Positions 1-11,908 of a stretch of DNA of 64,000 nucleotides are shown here, piece after piece; the first letter of the stretch is position 1, and each line of letters begins with the position of its first letter. The notes under the pieces are model-generated. The model saw only the letters and a list, made by a program, of their open reading frames with translations, searched no databases and was not told the origin of the DNA. This DNA is from Protoeuglena noctilucae. Taxonomy: Eukaryota. The stretch is taken from contig OY253685.1 in NCBI GenBank assembly GCA_958009085.1, positions 62,001-126,000 of the forward strand, given 5' to 3'. The translations under genes and the position numbers were made by a program.

Positions 1-3000
1 CCACATCCGCTCCCCCCGCCCACTCCCCGCTCTCCCCGCTGCTCTCCGGCCGCATGATAATGCCGTGCACGTGATCCAACTCCTCGCATTCCAGCACCTC
101 AATGCGAGACATGACGGGTGCCCATTCGGGGACAGGTGATGGCGATGATGGTGATGGTGGGGGTGATAGGCGGGATAGGACGTCGCGGAGGAAGCCGGAG
201 ACTAAGAGTACCTCCTCATTCGTGATCTGAGGGGGAGGTGGGAGGTGGAGGTGGGGGTTGACGAGAGGTGGTGATGCGGGTACAACGGGGTGCAGTGACG
301 AGTGGCAGAGGCAACAAGAACATCGAGTGGTGAGTAGACGGCAAAGTGGCTCATTTAATTCAAAACTGTGTTACTTGACAGTGTCTGAGTCACAGACATT
401 TCTCACCAGTGGCGGCTCCAGGGAGGGCGACGCCTTTTGGATCTCCCGGGCGCACCGCACCAGCTGCCACACGTTGACGGCCATCACGGTGCCGGGGTGG
501 GCAGTGGACCTGAAGGGAAGGCAGGGACAGCTGGTTAGTTAGCAAACAGTCGAGTGAATGAGCCATGAGGGATGGGCTCATGCGGGTGAGGTTCAATGCA
601 AGCGCAAGCCAACCGGTACACACGTCAGCATTGCGATGGACGCATGCCAGCATAATCGACACCCATCAACCACCAATATCTCACCAGTGCCACGTCTCTC
701 CCAATCCCCCCAACCCCGCGCCCCCCCTCTCTTGCACCACCCCGGCACCGCCCCCACCCTCGCCCCTCACCCCCCCCTCCTCCCTCTTAACACCCCTAGC
801 CCCGTTCGCGACACCCCCACCTCCACCCCACCCCTCGTCGTCTGTCGTTCCCAATGATGTGCTCGTGGACGCAGTTTCTGACGCTGATATCGCCTCGCCA
901 GTACGCGCGCGTGCGTGATGAGAGGGCGATGGGTCGGTGGAGGGGCGCGGGCGCTTGCGAGAGGGACGGCGAGACTGTGTGTGGGAAGGAGAGGGAGCGT
1001 TGGTGTGTTGTGATTGGGTGGGGTTGTCGTGCGGGAATGGATGAGAGTATGAGGGATGAATGACCCACAACACACCAACAGGGTTGCCATGTGCGTGTTG
1101 TTTGGCAAGTCATCATGTTGAATTGTCATGTACTATCTGCACACCCCCCATCTCCTCCTCACCCTCTCCGCCCTCTCCGCTGCCGCCCGCACCACCTCTG
1201 CCACCCTGGCTGCAAAGTACCCCTTCAGTTCCCACGGCACCGTCTCCTCGTACCACGACTGCAATCACAGATAGAGAGTAATGGTGATTGATATGAGTGC
1301 CCCTTCAGTTCCCACGGCACCGTCTCCTCATACCAAGACTGCGATTACAGATAGACACAGCAATGGTGATGAGTAGATGTGAGGAGATATGGGTAAATAT
1401 GAGTTGACATGAATGCTGAGTTGGACAGCAGCGAGGCATGAGGGATGGGAGGGGCAGGGATGTGCAAGAGTGGCCACTGTTCATGGTGGGCATGCCCTTT
1501 AACGTCATCAATGGCCACTCTTGTGTCGCAGCGGAGAGGCAAGGGGTGGGGCGCAGCTGGGTGCAACTTGGCAAGCGGGGTTGCGGGACTCACACGTGCA
1601 TGTTGGGGGAACAGATGTAGATAGCACAGCATGCACGCCACTCACGTGCATGTCGATAACACAGCAGTCATGCATGCCACTCATGCCACTCACGTGCAGG
1701 TTCCCTGGCAGCTTGAACAGCAGGCATGCGCGCTCGACGGCCGATGGCACCGCCACTGCCATCTCCCGGCATCGGGGGGCGCCCAGCAGGGTGCGTCCAG
1801 CAACCGTGAGCTCGGCCCATATGCGGTGCATGGTGTAGGTGGGGGACATGACGGGCTCTGAGAGTGGGGTGAAGGGTAAGGGTAAGATAGAGCAATGGGG
1901 TTTGCGGGTGTTGTGTTGATGACGCGGACCGTCACACATGCGACGACATGCATACGCGACGACGGCTGCCACACGTGATGTCCTTTGGCACCCGTCCCTT
2001 CTATCTGCTTGTTGTCTATTTGCAGACATCGACAATATCAATCCACTTGATTTATATTTAATCCCCCGCTCCACAATCCCTCATCCCCATCCATGGAGTT
2101 CACTCTCACTTGCACACACCCACCACCCATCCACACCAACCCACCCCATCCACCACTCATCCACCGCAATCACTTCTCACCCCCATCCATAGAGTGCAGG
2201 TCCAGCTTCTCATATCAGATACCAAACCACCTTATCCATCATCAGCCCCAACCCCCCCTCACCCCCATCTATGGAGTGCAGGTCCAGTGCCTCCTTCCCG
2301 CAGCACGCCTTGCTCCTCAGCAGAAAGGGACACCCGCACAGCCACGCCGCTATCGGCCCCGCCAGCTCCTCCATCCCCTGCTTGCGCCAGTTGCCGTCGT
2401 TGCCCAGCATCTCCGCCACTCGCAGCACATTCAAGTCGAACTGACCGGTGCCGGGGACCCAGAGGGGCCAGGCGCGGGGGTCACTCTGGAGGGAGAGGGG
2501 GGGTGGTGGGGTGGTGAGTGGTAGATGGTATTAAGGGGTTGTGAAGGGGTCACAATAGGGAAAAGGGGTGAGGATACGATTGGTCAGTGGTAGTTTTATT
2601 AACGTTCAGCATCATGCCCTCATTAACACGCACCCTCCACCACCCCTCCCTATCGCCCCCTCTTCCACCCCCCTCACCAGCGCCCCCCTGAGCATCACCC
2701 CCCCCGCACACCGCCACACGTCCGCGAACGCCCCCTCGGCCTGCCCCCTGCACCGCTCAAACACGTGGTCGCAGAAGTTGGCGTGGGGGCTGTCGTATCC
2801 GCCCAGCGTGAGCACCAAAGCCATGACCTCAGCAGCGCACAGCTCGCACTCCCCGCGGTCCCTGGGGGGATGGGGGTGGGGTGGGGTAGGGGGGTCGGCG
2901 GATGTGAGGTGCACGCGCGGGTGGGATTCATACACACATTGAGTTCCTAATCGTAACCATACTGCCATGACCAGCAGCCACGTTCATTCGAATGAAACCC

Positions 3001-5046
3001 TATCGTCCATGACCTGGCTGCCTCACCTGGGCACGGGTGGCTTGTCGGCGCGTGCGGGCGCGCAGTCCACCTGCTCTTGTCGAGAGGCGGCCTCGTGCAG
3101 GCGGACAGCGCGGGAGAGAAGGGACAGGACGTGGCTGCGAGGGAGACAGGGGGTGGATAGTGTATGGCTGCAGCACAGAAACACAGCATCGCAGTTGCCT
3201 TACTGTAGTGGCAGCAAAGGGCGTGTTGGCTTGGTCAGCACAAGCATCGGGGCGACCCCACCTTTTGTCACATACACATGACAACCATCTCCATGCACCC
3301 ATCCCAGGATCTCTCTCATGCATCTGCCACAGTCTTGTCTCGCCTGGGTGCGTCGGGGCAGTCGAGCAGCGTGTTGTAGAAGCGAGGGACGGCACAAAGG
3401 GCATCTAACAGAGCGATGGAGGAGCGGGCGTGGCGGGCAAGGGCGCGGGTCCAGTGGCCGGCGAGACTCTCCTCCGCTGTGGGGGTGAGGGTGGCAGTGG
3501 GGGTGGCAGTGAGGGTGAGGGTGGCAGTGAGGATGCGTGTCACAGCGTCACCACCACTGCGGCTGAGGTGCAGACGTGACTAGACAGCGCTGGTGCCCGT
3601 CCCATCCCACCCCATCTAATACACTCACCCATGGCGCGCGTGCACGCCCCCACCGCATCGGCGCAGGCAGCCAACGCGACCCCGACCATCGGCGCCCCCT
3701 CCTCCCCCTCCCCATCCCCCTCGCCCGCCGCCAGCCCATCTGCGACTACGCGCCACTGCTTGTGTGCCTCTTTGTCTGATGCACCCGCCGGCTGACCCTC
3801 GCGTGTCCAACCCAGCGACCACCGCAGGGCGTGAAGGGCCTGCGTGGGAGAAGGGCAAGGGCGTCATTCCTCACATATCCAAAAGCAGACGCACGACTCG
3901 GCACGACCACGCAACCCTAAGCATGCACCCACTCACTGCTAGTGAGTACAACCTACGCCACCCATTGCTCCATTCATCACAAAAGTAACAATCAGGGACC
4001 CCCACTCACGTGTGCTAGCAATGCCGCTGCGTCCACCGCGCATCTCAGGTCCCTTCGCGTGGCCTGGCTGTCGGGGTGGTTGAGGCGGGAGAGGGTGGGG
4101 AAGGAGGCAGCGGCGGTGATGCACTCGCGGGCCTGCGTGGAAAGAGAGCGGGTGATGGTGGGTGTGGGTGTCACGCAGTGATGCAGTCGCGCGCCTGCAT
4201 AGAGAGAGGGGCGGGTGATGGTGGGTGTGGGTGTCATGCGGCGATGGATGCAGGGGTCTGGGGCGGACGTGTGCGAGGGGCACTGGGAAGCTGTTGTTTC
4301 TGGATTGTCGACAATCGTGACCACCCCACCGTCTCACCAGTCGCACCAGCCGCGTCTGCAGGGCCCATCCCTTGGCCTTGAGTGCTCTCCCGACCGGGCC
4401 AGCCGCAGCCGACATGCTGCAGAGGGGGGGGGCATGCAAGCATGAAGGCCAGCACAGCGTTTGAGCCAGTGCAGTGCATCAGCCATCATCCAATTGCCTC
4501 AGCCTCCACCACGCCGCGCCGCCAGTCGCACCGGAAGGGGAGGTGCAGCAGCATCGCCAGGGCCTGGGCGCACTGGCGCGGGTGGCCCAGGTCCGGCTCG
4601 CTCAACACGCGCGTATGCCTTCCGCGACCTCCACGCCGCGGCTTCCCCGGTCTCCCGCGCAGGGCGAGCGCCAACTCGTGAGCCACGTCCTGGGGGCAGG
4701 GGCGCAGGGACTCGCGACGCGCGCGGAGGCAGAGGGGAGGGCGCGGAGGGTGCCCTGCAGGTTACCTGTATGAGATCGATAAGGTTCTTGTCCGGCAGGG
4801 CGCCGTGCGACGAGTTGGCGCGGTGGCCGCGAGACGGTTTGCCCATGCACACCTGCAGCGGAGGGCGGGCACGTCGGCGAACCTCGCTCGCGACACAGCG
4901 ATGCAGAGAAACTATTGACGGACACGCATGAGGCGCGAGACCCGAAACGGGGCCCTGCTCACCACGACGTCCCCCTCGCGGCACTCGCAGCGGGCACGGA
5001 ACGACTCCTGCGTCATCCCGCAGAGGGCCTCTACGATGTCCTGCAT
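1..5046 (-). CDS. Multi-exon hypothetical protein (>600 aa), 3' end runs off the window
   Basis: Phase-consistent exon chain 5046-4963, 4852-4766, 4689-4532, 4416-4338, 4132-4010, 3839-3629, 3476-3344 (GC donor), 3134-3027, 2861-2678, 2485-2263, 1857-1694, 1258-1163, 974-685, 509-407, 226-<1 reads without stops (MQDIVEALCG...SWYEETVPWELKGYF...ITNEEVLLVSGFL). No family recognised; start codon uncertain. Confidence 0.65.
1220..1370. repeat. 80-nt-period duplication of an acceptor plus exon start in the orphan gene
   Basis: 1220-1288 versus 1300-1370 are near-identical. Confidence 0.9.
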
Positions 5047-5615
5047 TCTCTGTGTCTAGATTACGCGCAGTAAGCCATCGGCAAGACCATCGGTGCGAAG
5101 GGCGGCGCGAGACCCGGGAGTGGAGGTCGTCAGAGCGTCCTGGAGGTCCTACGCGGCAACGGGCCGGCCGCCGGCGCGACCCGACGCCGCGCGAGATCCC
5201 GATGATATCTCACGGCGTTCTGCAAGCTGCTCGCGATCACCTGCTCGCGGACACACGCTGGCAGCGGCGCAGCCAGAGAGACAGGGAAGTTTTGTGCTCG
5301 ATGACGCGCGGGGCGAGCCCAGGGCCACGACCTTGCTGGTCTGCTTGGCGGGTGGGTGCGGCGTTGCGGAGTGAGCTGTGGGCAGTGGGCAGAAGTGCGA
5401 GGTGCTATCTGTGCTATCTGGGCGATTATGAGACGATGCACTGGCCCATGTTGTCTAGACCCTCCCATGCAGACTTCAACCGAAGCAAACGCGGCGCCAT
5501 AGCCCCGCCTGCCATGGCCCCTCGCTTGCCCCGCATCGGCTGCCCAGCGGCTACGCGGGTCAGGTCACACGACGACGCTCTGCGTTTTCAAATCTCTCCG
5601 TTTTTCAAATCTCGC

Positions 5616-8600
5616 TCAGTCCCCGTACTTGTCCCTCCAGGGCATCCCCTGCGCACGGCTGATGGCGCCCAGCTTGGTGATCTGCTCCAGGTAGGGGAGC
5701 TTGGACAGCGCGTTGCGGGCCTGCGGGCGAGCAACAAGTGAGCCGAGGTGACTTGGCAAACTGGCACACTCGCGTGTCCCCATGCGCATGGGCCAATGGT
5801 GAATCCGCCACCGACAAGCACACTCCAAGTGTGCTATCGACAAACGCACACTCCCATCCGCCACCACCGACTCGTCACATCCGATCCACCACCCACAAAC
5901 GCACCCCCATCAGCCAACCACCCACTCCTATCGCATCCCACTCTCCCAACTCCCCAAACACCACTCCCATAGCATCCCATCCCCCCCCCAAAAGACTCGC
6001 CTCCACCGCGTCATCGAACCACCCCCTCACGACCCCCCCCTTGCCGTCCCCATACTCGATGTAGTCCCCGTGCCCCTTGCCGGCGATGACCACCACGTCC
6101 TTGTCGACCGCCGTGCCTATGGCCAGGCGTATGGCCGTGAACCGGTCCTCCACCACGTACCGCTTCACCTCGAACTGATACTCGAGCAGGAACTCCTCGA
6201 ACCAGGCCTGGGTGGATAAGAGATATGGGAATATGTATATGTAAATGTAAAAGTATATGTGACTAGTAAGGGATGGGTGGTACGCGAGCAGGAACTCCTC
6301 GAACCAGGCCTGGGGGAGTGAGTGGGGACAGACGGGAATGCGAGGGAGGTGGTAATGAGCCAAAACAGGCAACAGGAGTGGTGTAATCAACAGAGAGGCA
6401 AACATTGCAAGACAGCTAGCTATGCGTCTGTCATTCCTTCCCCCCCCAGCCCCTCTCCTCAGGCAATAAGCGGATATCAGGAGAAGCCCCCATGGACACC
6501 CGCAGAGGGGTCCGATCGGGAAGCATGACTCGTCACGGGAGAGGGGGGGGGAGACACAGGGAGGGGCTATGATAGATAGCATACACCGTCCACGCACACA
6601 CACACACACACACCGGCACGCGTATGCGGTCGACCAGCCATGAGTGCACGGACCCCGCGTGGCGGTTGCGGATCTCCGGGGGCAGCCCCGCCACCATGTC
6701 GGCGATGATCCGGTCGGGCTCCTCGGTGCGGGGGTTGTCGTTGGTGAATATCACAATGTCACTCTGGGGGTGGCAAGGGATATAGTGGGCGAATGTCACA
6801 ATGCAACACCACTGTGGGCGGAGATAAGACACCACCCCCCGCTCCTCACCTCATATCCACACCCCCCCCCCCCCCCCCCCCCCCCCCCGCTACACCCTAT
6901 CTCACCTTGTAATGCCCCATCTCCCTCACCCACACACCCCCCCGCCCCACACCCACTCCTCATCTTGCAATGCCCCCTCTCCCTCACCCACAAACCACAT
7001 TCCCCCCCACCATCTCTCACCTTGTAGTGCGCGACTTCCGCCATCAGCGGCCTCTTCCCCCGGTCCCGGTCCCCCCCGCACCCGACCACCGTGATGATGC
7101 GCTTGGCGCCCTGGCAGTCCTTTACGGCGTCCAGCAGCCGAGAGAGGGCGTCGGGGGTGTGGGCGTAGTCGACAATCACGGGGAAGCCCTGCCCCTCGTC
7201 GATGATCTCCATGCGGCCGGGGACCAGCGCCAGCTGCTCGATGCCGCCCACTGGGGATTTTGGGGGGGGGGGGGGGGGGGGGGGGGTGTAGGATCAAGCA
7301 GATGAGGGTGGTTGTGTTCAGTGACGCATGCGCGCACGCACGCTCGCACGCATGCACGGATGACACTGGCTGCACACAGACGGCTACGTTACCTCCGCCA
7401 CCCTTAGCCAAGCTCCCAATCAACCAAAATACCACCCCTCCCCCCCCCTCCCCCTCTCACCGATGGTGGGCAGCGGCACCCGCACACCCAACCATGCAGC
7501 ATAGCCATGAAACACACATCCAATTACACAAACAAAATCATGCAACACACCACACCCCCCATCTCCGCTCACCGATGGTGGGCAGCGGCACCCCCACCGC
7601 CAGCCCCGTGGCGACCGCCGCCAGCACGTTCAGGACGTTGTGCTCGCCGATGAGCGGCGTCACGATGCGCAGACGCAACACGCCGTCGTCCTCCTCTTCC
7701 CCAGTCCCCTCATCGTTATCAACACCACCACCGCCACCCCCCCTCCTCGCCCCCTCCACCTCCCCATCCCCCTCCCCCTCCCCCTCTGCTGCCTCAGCTC
7801 CCTTCTTGGCCCTGCCCCTGGCCCTGGATCGTGCTTTGCGCTTCCGCTTCGACTCGTCAAGCACGATCTCCACCTCGATCGTGCTCTCCCAGATCGTGCT
7901 CTCGACCTTGGCGGCGTACAGGTTCGCCTGCTTGTCTGTGAGGGAGAGGGGGGGAGAGGATGCAGATGAGTGGCATGCGGGGTGGACAGAGAGCAATCTG
8001 GATCATGAGAGCAATAAATCATTTGACAAGACAGCAACAGCAACGGCAACGATTGGCGTGTTAAACATGGCAGCCGGCGATGTGCCGACCAACAACAACA
8101 ACTGCACTGCACTGCCATCCATACCGCTACCCCCATCCTAACTCCTCACTGTGTCTGGCGTAGGTGACGCACGTGACGGGCCCCGCGGCGGCCAGGAACT
8201 CATCGGCATACGGGTCATCCAGATTGACCACGCATCGCTTGCGTCTGAGGTAGGCGTCCAACCGCGTCTGCTCCGCGTCCCTCTCCGATCGCAGGGACTC
8301 GGCGGCGTCCAGGTCGGCGCGGGTGCCCTGGATTTAAGGGGGAGGGGGGGGGGGGGGGGGGAGGGTTGAAGAAAGGGCTGGGGTGGGGCACGAGGGGCGG
8401 GGTGGGTAGCGGGGGGGCAAGGGGTGGGGTGGGGTGGGTAGCAGAGAGAGGGAGTGAAGTGCGAGCAGCAAAGCTTTGTCGAAACTATCCATATACTTTC
8501 CCATGTACACAGCCACCCACTCACCCTCCCCCCCCCCCCCCCCCCCCCTCGAGCCCCGCACATAATGTACACCACCACCCACCCATCCCCACCCACCGCA

Positions 8601-11338
8601 CTCCCCCCCCCCCTCCTCGCACATCACCACCGCCCACCCCCCCACTCTGTCATCCTTCATTCCATTCAGCCACTCACCCCCCCCTCGAGCCTGGCAATCT
8701 CCGCGTCCATCTCGGCCAGCCTCTCCTCGGCCTCATACACGGGCGCAGCCATGGCCTCGAACAGCATCAGCTTCGACCGCTTGTACTCATCCATGCTGCC
8801 GTGGTAGTCCAAGTGATCCTGGGTCAGGTTGGTGAACACCGCCACGTCTGGGGTTTGAGGGGGGGGGGATAAGGGTAGTGGTGGGGGCACGGACAGATGT
8901 GGAGGGCGTGCTGGGGATTGAGCAACAATCAATGGTGCGGCAAGCCGGTGGAACAAAGAAAGCATGACTATCTGACCCGCACTGCCACCAACTCCGCTTG
9001 CCCTCCGCCACCCACACACACAGTGCTTCACTCCAGCGCTCCACTCCCTTCACCCACGTCGGTGCCCGCCAGCCTCCCCTGCCGCAGCCCCACTGCTCAT
9101 CACCCATACATGCACACACACACACACCACACACACACACACACACAGCCCCCCATCTCAGACACTCACCCACGTCCGTCCCCGCCAGCCTCCCCTGCCG
9201 CAGCCCGTGCGATGACGCCTCCAGAACCGCCCAGGTTGCCCCCCTGTCCCGCATCCCCGCGAGCAGCTTGGCCATCGACACGGGCCCGGGGGTGGTGTTG
9301 GGAACCGAGTACTTGCCCCGGTAGGGCGAGATGTGGTAGGGCGCGGAGCAGGTGCGCTGTCGGGTCGGGTCGGGTTCGGTCGGCAGCCACAGCTCGCCCT
9401 CTTCGTCCAGTCGGTCTTCAGCCACCGCATACTCAATCGTCCCGATCATCCCCACGATCACGTCCGCGCTCAGCCGCGCTTCTTCATCCGAAGATCGACC
9501 GATCTCCTCCAGCACGCTCCGGATGAGCCAGGAGGTGGTGGTCTTGCCGTTCGTGCCCGTCACGGCTGGGGGGAGTGGTTGGGGGGGTGTGGTAAGTGGT
9601 GAGTGGTTATGGTGGGTGGTGACTGGCGAGGGGTGGGTGGGTGGAGGAGCAGAGCGATAGCAAATGACAACTCAGTCACAGACACCCACCCCTCATCCCC
9701 ACCCACGCTTGGTCTCACCGATGACTTGCAGGTCCCGGCTGGGCCAGTCGTAGAAGGCATTGGCCAGGTCCAGCGCCGCCTGCAGCGTGTCGGGCACCAC
9801 TAGCACGGGACACTCGCTGGGGACCTCGGGGAGAGGGCGAGACGCCACGATGGCGCACGCGCCCGCGTAGTACGCCTCGAGGGCGTAGTCGTGCCCGTCG
9901 CCCTTCTCCCCGGTCAGGCAGATGAACAGGTCCTCCGGCTGCACCTTGCGGGAGTCCGTGTGCAGGCCCAGCACCTGCCGGAGGGGGGGTTGATGCGCGA
10001 GGGAGGTGGGCGGGGGCAAGGGAGCAAGCGCAGAGCTCACAGGTTTTGGCGGATGAGTGGGATAAGTAGGATGAGTGGAAGAGCCCCCATGGAAGGAGAA
10101 TAATACGGCGTTGATGGTCATGTCTGCATCCGCACATGCGTCGAAAGCCAAGCCAGCGCCCGGCATGTACAAGTGCGTCGCATGCCACCCCATGCATCGC
10201 TCGCACCTCCACGTCCACCAGGCTCTCCGGGGCCGCCCCGCTGATGACCTCGACGCCGGCCTTGCGCAGCAGAGCCGCGAGGCGCTCCTGCCGTTGCGGC
10301 ACCGGCGGCCAGTCGCGCATCAGCACGTCGGTCGGGTTAAACCCCTCCGCCTCGGCTGCCACCTCCGCCTCCGCCCTTGCCGCCTGCTGCTCCTCGTAGA
10401 TGGACTGGAGCTGGGACTCCAATGACTCAAAAGCACCCTCGCGGGGATCGCCGGGCGCGGGAGTGGCGCCCCCGGACTGCGGGGAGGGCACGCGCGGGCG
10501 AGCGACGTCGGTGGTCGCTGCGACCGGCACCGCCAGGGCCGCAGAGACGATCGCAACAACTCCTCTCACCTCCTCTTCGGTGCTCTCGTCGGGGAAACCG
10601 GCAAATCGCTCCGCATACTGCGTCCGCGGGCGGTCGTCCTCGCCAAAAAGGTCCTCCTATGAAGAGGAAAGGGCAGGGGCTGGCTTGGACTAAAAGAGGA
10701 CGCGCGGTGAGCGCCACGGTGCAGAGCTTATGTCAAATGATGCGACAAGTGCCCCGCGGGGAGCGGCGGCGGTCGCCCAGGGCGGCGCGCAGGGCTAAGG
10801 CGACGCTGGGGCAGCCACGCTCCCCCGCGCGCGCGCAGCGGGGCCCCCGGGCCGCGCGGTCACCTGGTCAGCAATCTCATCCAGCTCGTCCTCGAAGTTG
10901 CCCTCCGCCGCCGGCATCCAGCCCGCTGCGGGCGAGGGGCGCGGGGCAGCCGCAATGGGCGTGGGCGTGGGCCTCAGCCGCGTCGCATGGCCGACACCGA
11001 TAGGGTCCCGGCGCGTGATTCGGCGCTCTGACATGTCACCATACCCGTGCGGTGTGGCACCCGCGGAAAGGCCCACGCCCGCGCTCACCTCGGGCTCTGA
11101 CTGCGAGCGAAGACCGTCCCGCACAGGCGGCGCGAGGGCGCTCTGACCCGCGGTCCCTGGCCAGCCCGGGAACCCATTTCGATGCGTACGACGTGCTGGG
11201 GGCCACCAGGTCGCCCCTGGGTCGCGAGAACGGGCCGCCAGGGGCGGGGAGAGCACCAGCTGCTGGGTGGGCCGACGCGCTGTGCGCCGCGGGGGCCGCC
11301 GATGGGGCGCGGAGGACCCCCCCTCCACCAATCGTCAT
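5616..11338 (-). CDS. murE: MurE-family Mur ligase (UDP-MurNAc-tripeptide synthetase-like), probably plastid-targeted
   Basis: Motifs [15 protein letters not shown] (P-loop), [71 protein letters not shown]. Exons 11338-11089, 10925-10864, 10656-10570, 10476-10207, 9974-9719, 9565-9170, 8847-8678, 8327-8150, 7935-7573, 7250-7021, 6763-6614, 6207-6001, 5720-5616. The Ala/Pro/Arg/Ser-rich N-terminus ending LAVRAR resembles a transit peptide; the start is inferred. Confidence 0.93.
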
Positions 11339-11908
11339 TTCGGGCGCTCTATATACCGCCTCTTTTCTACCCGACGACAAGGACTCCCCGCACTCCGGGC
11401 CCTTCACGTCAAAAGCGCTCCCTTGTCCGTTACTCGGGAACACGCGAATCGAGTGGATCGGCGCCGCGCTAGCAGCTCTCAAAGGCGCCGACGGTGCCAG
11501 CGAAACCAGCCCCGTCAGGGCCTCCGAGGGCGGCGATGAATACACCTTCGCTCGCATAATTTCAAGCAGTTGCGGATGTGCACATCGCGAGCGCGGGCCC
11601 CGAGATTCGCAGCCTGTGCGCTCTTCCCCGCGTGTCTTTTCAGAGCGCACTGATTGATTGGGCCCGGGGTACAGTTCCACGCGTCGTGGGGGCCGCGCGC
11701 GGCTGGGAGTCGCGACTGGTGGCCTCTAGGCCCAGGCACACACAAGGTACGCGAGCTTGTTGGGCTGACATGGCGCGGAGGACCGAGTTGTCCGCTCGAC
11801 ACGGTGCAATCCGCTCATTCCCTGACGTCGCGCGGCTGCAGAGCGGCGGCCCCGCGCGGAGGTCGTGGAGGAGCTCGGCGTCGCCGCCCGGGGCCGTCCG
11901 TCGCGGGG

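Noticed and set aside
1465..1523. 12-bp inverted repeat CAAGAGTGGCCA...TGGCCACTCTTG in an intron
   Set aside because: Single short instance with no target-site duplication or second copy; not enough to call a MITE or RNA structure.
5616..11338. MurE as bacterial contamination or recent horizontal transfer
   Set aside because: It has 12 spliceosomal introns, a transit-peptide-like leader and plant-like termini.
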